The notes under the pieces are model-generated. The model saw only the letters and a program-made list of their open reading frames with translations, ran no database searches and was not told where the DNA came from. Below, piece by piece: positions 8,722 to 16,446 of a stretch of DNA of 64,000 nt. The stretch's first letter is position 1, and the number at the start of each line of letters is the position of its first letter. The DNA comes from Synechococcales cyanobacterium OTE_70_metabat_200 (GTDB taxonomy: Bacteria > Cyanobacteriota > Cyanobacteriia > Cyanobacteriales > Chamaesiphonaceae). The translations under genes and the position numbers were made by a program. The stretch lies in NCBI GenBank assembly GCA_031375385.1, contig JANMHS010000012.1:1691-65690 (forward strand). Direction: 5' to 3'.

Positions 8722-11238
8722 ATGTTCATTGAAGATGAAGAGCTGCGCAGTCTTTACGAAGTTGCCAGCACCGAACATATTGAGGCGATCGAAGCGGGAC
8801 TCCTGCAACTGGAAAAAAATCCCACCGATCGATCGCCCCTGAAAGCCCTACTGCGGGAGGCCCATTCCCTGAAAGGCGATTCCCGGATGCTGGGGGTCAT
8901 TGCCGCCGAGCAGGTGGTGCATCAGATGGAAGACATCCTGATGGCCATCGATCGAGCGGATCTGGAAGTGACTCCGGAACTCTGCGATCAGCTCTATCTA
9001 GGCTTAGATGCTGTAAATAAAATTGCGCAGGAGGCGATCGGCGGGCCACCTGCCAACCTCGATCTAGCTGCGGTGGTTGCTGTGATCCGAGGCAATTATC
9101 AGCCACCAGAAATTCCGGCAGATCTGTCCACCCCAGAACCGGAAAGTAATTACGATCCCGGTGAAATCAGCGGCTTCTTAGGCGAGCTAGATTTCAGCGC
9201 CCTGGTCGGGGCTAGCCCTGGCTCAGACAAGATGGATTTTGGTAGTTACTTAGCCACAGCTACTGCCGAGACTGCCGATCATAGCGATCTAGATTTCAGT
9301 GATACTCTAGCGACTACCACCGAGTCCTTCGATCATAGCGATCTAGATTTCAGCAATGCTCTCGCAGCTACCACTGAATCCTTCAGAGATCATGGTGACG
9401 ACGATACCCTAGATCTGCCAAAATTCTCTCTTCCCGCCGAGGAAAGCTCGGCGGCTGGAGCGATGCAGGATCTGTCTTTCCTGCAAACAGTAACCACAAA
9501 GCCAGTCAATTTGGACTTGGTAGCTCCGGCTCAGCCCGAGCCAGCTCCCGCTGACAACTTTGAAATTTCTACAATCAAAGTAGAAGCCAGTCGCCTAGAG
9601 CGATTGACCATTCAGGCCGACGAACTATCCGTAGCCAAATTGCGGATTTCCCAAGGCCAAGAAGAGCTGATAGCGCTCTACCGCCGCTGGGAAGAATGGA
9701 GCCGCCAACTGCCCAGCGATGACCCTCAGGTGCAGCAATTCGGTCAAATTCTGAACCGCATGCGCCTGAACGCCGCAGAAGATACCACCCGTCTGCTGGC
9801 CGTTGCCAACGAGTTGGAAAGTGGCATTCGGCAGATGCGGATGTTACCGCTTCAGAGTGTTTTTGCCGTATTCCCTCGGATGGTGCGAGATCTGGCGCGG
9901 CAACAGAACAAGGGCATTGATTTTACGATCGAAGGCGGCGAAATCCTCGCCGATAAACAGATCCTAGAAGCCCTCAAGGATCCGCTGAATCATATTCTAC
10001 GCAACGCGATCGACCATGGCATCGAACCGATCTCCGAGCGCGGAGCCAAGCCCCCGATGGCCAAGCTGCGCCTACGCGGGATCCAACGCGGTAACCAAAT
10101 CGAGATTCAGGTGATCGACGATGGTCGGGGTCTCGACCTTGATGCAATTCGGATGACCGCTTTGCGGCGGGGACTCCATACGCCCGCCGAACTCGCTCAA
10201 ATGAACGAGGAGCAGACCAAATCCTTGATTTTTGCGGCGGGCTTCTCCACCCGCACTACCATTACGGAAATCTCTGGACGGGGCGTGGGCTTGGACGTAG
10301 CCCGTACCAACATCGAAAAAATCAAGGGGACTGTCCGGATCGAGTCCTTGCCCGACCAAGGCTGTACCTTCCGGATCCTGCTGAACAACAGTTTAGCCAC
10401 CGTCGATGCCCTGATTATGCGGGTGGATCGCTTGCCCTACGCTATGCCGATCGACAACATCGAAACCATGCAATTTATCACTCGCTCCGAGATCTTTACG
10501 CTCGATGGCAAGCTGGCAGTACATTGGCAAGACCAAAGCGTTTCTCTGATCTGGCTGGCCGATCTGCTGGAACTCAATTGGCAAGCCCCCAATACCAGTG
10601 CAGCGATCGCAAAACTGCGCTCCCAAATTCCCTGCGTTTTTGTAAAGATTGATGGCCAATATTTGGGCATCCTGGTAGATGAGCTGCTGGAACAACAACA
10701 AATTGTAGTGAAGGCTCCGAACAAGCTCGTCCAAAATGTCCGCAACATCTCGGGAGCCAGTATTTTAGGCAATGGCGAAATCTGTATGGTGCTGAACCTG
10801 CTGGAAATTTTCCAGACGGCCAGCGGCCAACCAGCTAAAACTATTGCACCGATCCTGGTTACGGACCGACCGGCCAATCGGATCTTGCTGGTAGAAGATT
10901 CCATTCCGATTCGCACTCAGGTGCAACGGATTCTAGTCGGTGCAGGCTATGAGGTAACCACCGCTGTGGATGGTGCCGATGGCCTCGGTCAGCTCATGGC
11001 TGGCAGCTTCGATGCGGTGGTTTCCGATATCGAAATGCCCAATCTCTCGGGTCTGGAAATGACCGGTGAGATTCGCCAACGGCCCGAGTATCAAGACCTC
11101 CCAATTGTCTTGGTCAGTACGCTGGCTGGGCCAGAACACCGCCAACGCGGCATGTCGATCGGCGCTAGTGCCTATCTTTCTAAAGGAGACTTCGACCAGT
11201 CTCTACTCTTGCAAACCCTTTCCCAACTCATTAAGTAA
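8722..11238 (+). CDS. cheA: Hybrid CheA histidine kinase (Hpt, acidic linker, dimerisation/HATPase, CheW, REC)
   Basis: Motifs seen are Hpt (REAHSLKGDSRMLG), the G1 box (DDGRGLD), the G2 box (GRGVGLDVAR), a CheW-like domain and a C-terminal REC (ILLVEDS...VVSDIEMPNLSGLE). The ORF track starts at GTG 8710; the first ATG is at 8722. Confidence 0.9.
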   Translation: MFIEDEELRSLYEVASTEHIEAIEAGLLQLEKNPTDRSPLKALLREAHSLKGDSRMLGVIAAEQVVHQMEDILMAIDRADLEVTPELCDQLYLGLDAVNKIAQEAIGGPPANLDLAAVVAVIRGNYQPPEIPADLSTPEPESNYDPGEISGFLGELDFSALVGASPGSDKMDFGSYLATATAETADHSDLDFSDTLATTTESFDHSDLDFSNALAATTESFRDHGDDDTLDLPKFSLPAEESSAAGAMQDLSFLQTVTTKPVNLDLVAPAQPEPAPADNFEISTIKVEASRLERLTIQADELSVAKLRISQGQEELIALYRRWEEWSRQLPSDDPQVQQFGQILNRMRLNAAEDTTRLLAVANELESGIRQMRMLPLQSVFAVFPRMVRDLARQQNKGIDFTIEGGEILADKQILEALKDPLNHILRNAIDHGIEPISERGAKPPMAKLRLRGIQRGNQIEIQVIDDGRGLDLDAIRMTALRRGLHTPAELAQMNEEQTKSLIFAAGFSTRTTITEISGRGVGLDVARTNIEKIKGTVRIESLPDQGCTFRILLNNSLATVDALIMRVDRLPYAMPIDNIETMQFITRSEIFTLDGKLAVHWQDQSVSLIWLADLLELNWQAPNTSAAIAKLRSQIPCVFVKIDGQYLGILVDELLEQQQIVVKAPNKLVQNVRNISGASILGNGEICMVLNLLEIFQTASGQPAKTIAPILVTDRPANRILLVEDSIPIRTQVQRILVGAGYEVTTAVDGADGLGQLMAGSFDAVVSDIEMPNLSGLEMTGEIRQRPEYQDLPIVLVSTLAGPEHRQRGMSIGASAYLSKGDFDQSLLLQTLSQLIK
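9277..9384 (+). repeat. Tandem 2 x 54 bp in-frame duplication inside cheA
   Basis: GATCATAGCGATCTAGATTTCAG... occurs twice back to back (9277..9330 and 9331..9384), encoding DHSDLDFS.(T/A)LA.TTESF twice. Confidence 0.85.
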
Positions 11239-11241
11239 GCC

Positions 11242-11652
11242 ATGAACCCCATCAAAGTTGTTTTAGTCGAAGATTCTATTGTTGCCCTAGAAGTTTTGGA
11301 GCGCTTGCTCAATTCCGCGCCAGAAATCGATGTGGTCGGTACGGCCCGCGATGGCGCAGAAGCTCTGAACGTGATCGATCGCACCAATCCCGATGTAATT
11401 TGCACCGATTTGGTGATGCCCAACATGGATGGTTTGGAATTCACCCAAAAGCTGACTGCCAAGCGTTCCATTCCGGTACTGGTGATCAGCAACAGCGTTC
11501 ATCCCACCGACATGGATAATATTTATAACCTCATGAAGGCTGGCGCTGCGGACTTTTTCCCCAAGCCCAACAGCGGTTCGGCTACGGACTACGAAAAGCT
11601 AAAGAGCACCTTGGTCACCAAGATCAAAGTCTTGAATTCCAAGAAGCGCTAA
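11242..11652 (+). CDS. Stand-alone receiver protein resembling the CheB N-terminal REC domain
   Basis: 136 aa: KVVLVEDSIVALEVLERLL...IDVVGTARDGAEAL...PDVICTDLVMPNMDGLEF...PVLVIS...AGAADFFPKP. No methylesterase domain follows. It starts 3 nt after the cheA stop. Confidence 0.85.
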   Translation: MNPIKVVLVEDSIVALEVLERLLNSAPEIDVVGTARDGAEALNVIDRTNPDVICTDLVMPNMDGLEFTQKLTAKRSIPVLVISNSVHPTDMDNIYNLMKAGAADFFPKPNSGSATDYEKLKSTLVTKIKVLNSKKR

Positions 11653-11660
11653 TAGCAATA

Positions 11661-11706
11661 AAAAAAGCAGAAAGCTGGTCAGAGAAATATCTCTGACCAG
11701 CTTTTT
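11661..11706. terminator. Bidirectional intrinsic terminator
   Basis: A perfect 13-bp stem (AGCTGGTCAGAGA / TCTCTGACCAGCT, 11673..11702) has a 4-nt loop, an A-run on its 5-prime side and a T-run on its 3-prime side. It lies between the convergent REC gene (+) and tRNA-His (-). Confidence 0.8.
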
Positions 11707-11716
11707 GGTTCCTGAG

Positions 11717-11790
11717 GGCGGATGACGGGGTTCGAACCCGCGAATGGTGGCACCACAAGCCACTGCCTTAACCACTTGGCGACACCCGCC
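11717..11790 (-). tRNA. trnH: tRNA-His (anticodon GTG) with genome-encoded G-1
   Basis: The reverse complement folds by hand into a cloverleaf. The anticodon stem is GTGGC/GCCAC with loop TTGTGGT (anticodon GTG). The T arm is GCGGG-TTCGAAC-CCCGT. The acceptor is GCGGGTG/CATCCGC with an extra 5-prime G pairing to C73. No CCA is encoded. Confidence 0.9.
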
Positions 11791-11906
11791 ACGGATTGAT
11801 ATCTTACCTCAAGGTGAACTACCATGGCAAGGCGATCGACAATCTTCTTTGGAAATCCACTGCCGCGTCAATATCAGCGATGTAAGATGGAAGGAGGTGT
11901 GGAATT

Positions 11907-12305
11907 GTGAATTTGAATATGCAGAAATGGCAAAGCGTAACACTCGGGGCGAGTTTGGGTCTGGCGATCGGCGGATTGGCCATGGCTTTCACCAATCCTG
12001 GCCCCCAGCGGTATGAAGACTTCGTAGTGAGTCAACTTAAGAACCGGCTGCAAGCAGAATGCAGTCAAGCAGGTAGCAGCTTATTGGGAGCTTTGGCCAA
12101 TACCACCTGCCGCACCATGACTGCGATGGGCGAACCCTACATTAGTCAGACGCTGAAGCCATTGGTATCTGCTGGCACCAAGCGTTACGACTGCTTACTG
12201 TTCAGTATCTATGTCACCGATTTATCCATTCCGCAGCTCAGCTTTTCCGGGCGGGTAGAGAGCATTGGAGCCTTTAATTCCTTTTTGATTTATCGCTTGC
12301 CTTAG
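11907..12305 (+). CDS. Small membrane protein, hypothetical (possibly DUF4359)
   Basis: 132 aa ORF with an N-terminal hydrophobic helix (VTLGASLGLAIGGLAMAF). The family guess is from memory only. Confidence 0.5.
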   Translation: MNLNMQKWQSVTLGASLGLAIGGLAMAFTNPGPQRYEDFVVSQLKNRLQAECSQAGSSLLGALANTTCRTMTAMGEPYISQTLKPLVSAGTKRYDCLLFSIYVTDLSIPQLSFSGRVESIGAFNSFLIYRLP

Positions 12306-12384
12306 CTATTTACAGAATAAGACATAGACAGGGATCGGTGTTCACTAATCTCTACTATCGTACCCACAGACAAGATGAGAATAT

Positions 12385-12954
12385 CTATTTGCCTAAATTC
12401 TTCTTCAAGCGCAACAGCTCTTCCTCGGTCTCCCATTTCAAGAACTCTGCCTCTAGCGGATCGCTGCGGTCGGGCCGGCTAGTTTCGTTACTCCAAGGGA
12501 TCGAAGGCTTTTCCCAGACCTTATTGCTGGCGGAGGTAGCTTTCATTTCCGCTGCTTTTTTTTGCAACTCGGTGCGGCGGACTTTAATGGTTTCGATCAG
12601 CTCAGTAGCCTGAGCCTGGCGTTCTTTGATGCCTTGCATCTTACCCCAGAGCTGATTGCCCTGGCGCAGCAGCCCATCCATCCGTTCCTGGGCTGCCGCA
12701 GCCAAATCCGTACGGCCCGCTGCCTGGGCTTTGGCTATGCGATCGTGCCAGCCCTTAATCTCTTGGCCGGTGCTCAGCACCTCCGCCTGGAGCTGTTTTT
12801 CTTGCTGGCGCAGATCTAGCAATAGGCTCGTGGAATCCATCTCCTGTTGTTGGAGCTGTTCCTCCAGCACCTGGATTTGCAGGTGCGGATTTTTGCTCAT
12901 GAAGTCGTCTAGCTGGGTTTCCAAAAACCGCTTCATGTCATCGAATAGTCCCAT
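12385..12954 (-). CDS. Coiled-coil protein, cyanobacterial TIGR04376-like
   Basis: 189 aa. The N-terminus MGLFDDMKRFLETQLDDFMSKNPHLQIQVLEEQL and a Q/E-rich coiled coil match my recollection of this conserved cyanobacterial family. Confidence 0.6.
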   Translation of the reverse strand: MGLFDDMKRFLETQLDDFMSKNPHLQIQVLEEQLQQQEMDSTSLLLDLRQQEKQLQAEVLSTGQEIKGWHDRIAKAQAAGRTDLAAAAQERMDGLLRQGNQLWGKMQGIKERQAQATELIETIKVRRTELQKKAAEMKATSASNKVWEKPSIPWSNETSRPDRSDPLEAEFLKWETEEELLRLKKNLGK

Positions 12955-12987
12955 TGCCCGGTTTCTCCTAAATTAGTTGGCGGCGTT

Positions 12988-13060
12988 GCCCTCACCCCGC
13001 CAGATCCTTCGGCTCTGGCCCCCCTCTCCCAAGCTTGGGAGAGGGGTTGGGGGTGAGGGC
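12988..13060. repeat. REP-like nested palindromic element
   Basis: The outer arms are GCCCTCACCC (12988..12997) and GGGTGAGGGC (13051..13060). The inner palindrome is CCCCTCTCCCAAGCTTGGGAGAGGGG (13021..13046). A related copy lies at 25866..25919. Confidence 0.8.
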
Positions 13061-13062
13061 AA

Positions 13063-13920
13063 TTACAGCTTGTCGTTAAGCTTGAGGCTGCGGCTTTCAC
13101 CATTCCGCTTGAGGATCACTTCGTTGTCCACAGTATTGATCACATTGGTGACGATCCAGCCGCTGTTGGCAACTTGGTCGCCACCCTTGAACTGTTGGAC
13201 TTGACCACCAATCATAAACTCCACGATCGGTGGGTTGCCCGGCACGATTTTGACTAAAGTCGCATCGATGGCGGGGGCGGGGCTACCGATCGCCGCTGGA
13301 GCAGCGCCAGTAGTGGCTGAAGGTGGATTGGGAATGGAAACTTGGGTGCCACCAGTACTGGCCACCGAGTTGTTGCTATCGATCTTGGTCAGAGAGTTAC
13401 GCAGATATTCGGAGAACTTCACATCGGAATTGTTGCTGAGGACGATCGGCGATTCTCCTCGGCCCAAGGCCGTCAGGTCGATCTTACCTTGGCTTTGCAG
13501 CCACCACAGGCCACCCCCGAGGCAGACAGCCAGACCACCACCCACGGCCAACCATTTGGGCCAGCGGCGAGTCGCTGGCGCCTGGGGTGCGGCGGGTTGA
13601 GCGGGGGGCAAAGCTGCTCCTGGCGAGGTGATCCCGCCGGACGGGTACTCCCGTATCGGGCGCTGGGCTGGAGCAGCTTGCTCCGGCAGACCCTGGGGAA
13701 CTGGCTGACGATTGGATTCTAAGTTATGGGGAGCTTTAGTGGCGGCATTCAACTTAGGAGGCTGCTGTTCTTGCAGATCGCCGCTCAGGAGGTCTTCAAT
13801 TTCCGAAAATAGACCATCCATGACCCGATCGGCATGTTGGCCAACCACTTTAGAAATGCTTTTGGGGCTGTCGGAGCCGTTGTTAGAATTTTGGGTCATG
13901 ATGTGGTAGATACTTTGCAA
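13063..13920 (-). CDS. Pro/Ala-rich single-pass membrane protein, hypothetical
   Basis: 285 aa ORF with one TM (WLAVGGGLAVCLGGGLWWL) and a low-complexity N-terminal half. It lies directly downstream of the Ser/Thr kinase on the same strand. The start is uncertain (the MTQNS Met at 13899 is possible). Confidence 0.6.
   Translation of the reverse strand: MQSIYHIMTQNSNNGSDSPKSISKVVGQHADRVMDGLFSEIEDLLSGDLQEQQPPKLNAATKAPHNLESNRQPVPQGLPEQAAPAQRPIREYPSGGITSPGAALPPAQPAAPQAPATRRWPKWLAVGGGLAVCLGGGLWWLQSQGKIDLTALGRGESPIVLSNNSDVKFSEYLRNSLTKIDSNNSVASTGGTQVSIPNPPSATTGAAPAAIGSPAPAIDATLVKIVPGNPPIVEFMIGGQVQQFKGGDQVANSGWIVTNVINTVDNEVILKRNGESRSLKLNDKL
13630..13658 (-). repeat. 29-bp dispersed intragenic element, copy 2
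   Basis: The reverse complement reads CGATACGGGAGTACCCGTCCGGCGGGATC. It is translated as PIREYPSGG within the 285 aa ORF. Confidence 0.8.
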
Positions 13921-13961
13921 TCCTCTCCCAAATGGTAGCGGAGATCTGGGTGCCTTGCTGG

Positions 13962-15503
13962 TTAATTTTTGCCTCCGGCATCAATTTTAAAGGTACCGAT
14001 CGAGGCCATGGCCGTTTGTAAATGCTGGTAATAGTCTGTGGCTGGAGCCTGGTACTGCACGATGTGAGCGCGCCCAGCGGCCACCGTCCAGATCTCTAGG
14101 TTCTTGACTTCTTTGCCCTCGATCAGACCGCTATAGGTCACCACATAGGCCGGTCGATCGGCCAGCTTGCTGTTGCCCGCCTCTAGGATCTTGGCATTGG
14201 GCAAGAATTTTTTGATTTCGGCGATCGACTGTTCCGTATAGGTACTCAAAGTAGTGGTGGGAGGTAGCTCTTCTACGCGCAGCGAAATCTGGGCGCGCTG
14301 GCCGCCACTGCTGGCCGGACTAAAAAAAGTGGCCCGCTCGCCGGTCAATAGATCCGGAGTTTCTTGCTTTTCCCATTGGGGATCGTAGGCAATCTGGAGA
14401 CCATCGGCCTGGTGGGTGAGCCAGCTGCCGGGAGCCACCAGGGCCGAATTGGCTTCTACGGATTGGCCAGATGGTTCTGGCTGACTGGCCGTTCTCGGTG
14501 TCGGTGCAGCCACTGGCTCGCTAACCATCGGCAATATTTTAGGAATTGCCAAACCCAGCATCAAAGCTCCCGCCGCCGCCCCAAAAATCAAGTGGGGGCG
14601 CAGGTTATCCCAGTGGCTGGGCTGTTGCCGGATGGTAACGAATTTCGCCAGGTCTTCCAGCACTTCCCGCGCTAACTGGTAACGATTGCGGTAATCCGGG
14701 CGCACCATCCGATCGATGATTTCCACCAGTTTCAGGTTGGCATCGGTCAGGTGCCGCCAAGCTAGTTCGTAGGTTTCGGGGTGCCGCTCGATCGGAAAAG
14801 TACCAGTCAATGCCTGGATGGCAATTACCCCGAGAGCATAGATATCGGTGTTGAACTGGGGGTTTTCGTCTTCTTGCTCGAAGGGGATATAGCCGGGAGT
14901 ACCCACCAGTTCTAGGGGCCGATCATCCACGGGCTGCTGCCAAATGCTGGCTTTGTCTTTGGCTCCGCTACAGCCCAATAGCACAAACTTGCCATCCCGC
15001 CAGCGACGCATCCAGTTGGCCGGGTTAATGTCTTGGTGAATAAAGTTCTGGTGGTGCAAAAATTCCAGGGTGCCCAAGGTATCTTGCAACAGCTCGATCA
15101 CCTGGGCTTGGCTCCAAGGCTGGCCCGGTTTCAGTTCCTGGCCGAGCAGTTCGCCATCAATGTATTCCTGCACCAGATAGAAATTTTCGCCATCCACCAG
15201 CTGGGCCAGAACCGTGGGGATCCGATCGTGCTGGCCCAGGCGATATAGCACTTCCACCTGTTCGTCGAAGCTCTTGGCGATCAGGGCCAGGGGATTGGCA
15301 GCCCGATTCGCCAGCGAGGATGCTACCCGACCGAACTGAAAGCAAAAGCGCTTCACCACGCAGTCCGGACGACCAGGCAAATCTTTGCTTTTGGCCAGAT
15401 AGGTTTCCCCAAATCGACCAAGTCCTAGAAACTTGGTGATGTCGTAGTGGGCATGAATCTTACTGCCTTGCATAGGTGTGAGCTGTGACGCTGACAGCAT
15501 CAA
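13962..15503 (-). CDS. Ser/Thr protein kinase with TM and an extracytoplasmic C-terminal domain
   Basis: 513 aa. The Hanks kinase motifs are the catalytic loop IHQDINPANWM and the activation segment GTPGYIPFEQ, followed by a TM (LIFGAAAGALMLGLAIPKIL). The C-terminal roughly 170 aa is a globular domain, possibly PsbP/DUF1795-like. Confidence 0.85.
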   Translation of the reverse strand: MMLSASQLTPMQGSKIHAHYDITKFLGLGRFGETYLAKSKDLPGRPDCVVKRFCFQFGRVASSLANRAANPLALIAKSFDEQVEVLYRLGQHDRIPTVLAQLVDGENFYLVQEYIDGELLGQELKPGQPWSQAQVIELLQDTLGTLEFLHHQNFIHQDINPANWMRRWRDGKFVLLGCSGAKDKASIWQQPVDDRPLELVGTPGYIPFEQEDENPQFNTDIYALGVIAIQALTGTFPIERHPETYELAWRHLTDANLKLVEIIDRMVRPDYRNRYQLAREVLEDLAKFVTIRQQPSHWDNLRPHLIFGAAAGALMLGLAIPKILPMVSEPVAAPTPRTASQPEPSGQSVEANSALVAPGSWLTHQADGLQIAYDPQWEKQETPDLLTGERATFFSPASSGGQRAQISLRVEELPPTTTLSTYTEQSIAEIKKFLPNAKILEAGNSKLADRPAYVVTYSGLIEGKEVKNLEIWTVAAGRAHIVQYQAPATDYYQHLQTAMASIGTFKIDAGGKN

Positions 15504-15705
15504 AGAAGAAATAGGAAAAAGCGGGGTTCTGAACTTTACGATAATTGATAGATGTATTCTATTGACAGGATGAAATTGCCGATCTTCTGGTGATGTTGGC
15601 CGCCATTGGCAAACACCATCACCAATCTGTTATCTCCATTATCTTCGTAGTCAATGCTAGCTTCACCGCTGGCTAAGATAGAAAGAACCAGTTACCATCT
15701 AGGCC

Positions 15706-16185
15706 ATGCAGCCGACTTTTACTTTTTTTAGGATGCCCCAACCCTGGGCCAAAATTGCGGTAATACCGATTTGGAGCACTCTGCTGTTCCCCGGTACGGG
15801 AGCGCTGGCGGCCAGGGAGCGCAAATTTTTCTGCGATACCAGCGGTTCAGTGCCGGTGACCTTGGTCAAAACCAGTCGAGGCAATATTCCGATGATTCGC
15901 TGGGTGAAGAAGACTTTCAATGGTTTTGGTTACAATCCGGTACAGCGTTGCCGCGAAACTTCCCTCCGTCTGACAATTTTTCACGATAGTGGCAGGCTGA
16001 AATCTATGCGCAGCGGTACTACCAATGGCTATCCGGTGCTCTGTGTAGATGGTGGGGTAGAGGGCAGTCCCTGCGAGCGCCAGCATGTGCTGCTGACTTT
16101 CGATCGGGGTGTGGATCCCAATGCGATCGGTCGGCAATTAATAGATCTGCGCAGACGAGCTCAAAAAGGGGCGATCGATCTCTGA
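15706..16185 (+). CDS. COP23 (circadian oscillating protein 23) family protein
   Basis: 159 aa with a signal-like N-terminus. The motif FFCDTSGSVPVTLVKTSRGNIPMIRWVKKTFNGFGYNPVQRC is characteristic of the COP23 domain. Confidence 0.7.
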   Translation: MQPTFTFFRMPQPWAKIAVIPIWSTLLFPGTGALAARERKFFCDTSGSVPVTLVKTSRGNIPMIRWVKKTFNGFGYNPVQRCRETSLRLTIFHDSGRLKSMRSGTTNGYPVLCVDGGVEGSPCERQHVLLTFDRGVDPNAIGRQLIDLRRRAQKGAIDL

Positions 16186-16446
16186 ATCTATTTCTAAAAA
16201 ATGCCGCTATTTGACTGCTCTCAGGCCCAAAAACCGATCGCTATAATGAATGAAAGGCGTTAGCTAGGAAATTTTTGTCTTCAGAATATCAAATCACGTT
16301 CGCAGTCGTAACCTTGCAGCTCAGTTAGCTATTAGCAAACTTAGCTGTTAGCAAACATTTGAGAGCGCGGACACATTGGTATCAAACGCCTCCAGAATTC
16401 CTAGGCCGTTAGTTCACTAAAATTGCGCAGATTGGGCGCGCCATAA

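Noticed and set aside
11744-12016. 90 aa plus-strand ORF
   Set aside because: Its 5-prime part overlaps tRNA-His on the opposite strand and it has no coding signature. The overlapping 132 aa ORF (11907..12305) is the better gene model.
12977-13204. 75 aa ORF reading through the REP-like palindrome (..PKLGRGVGGEG..)
   Set aside because: The peptide is generated by the palindromic repeat itself, and the rest is antisense to the 285 aa gene.
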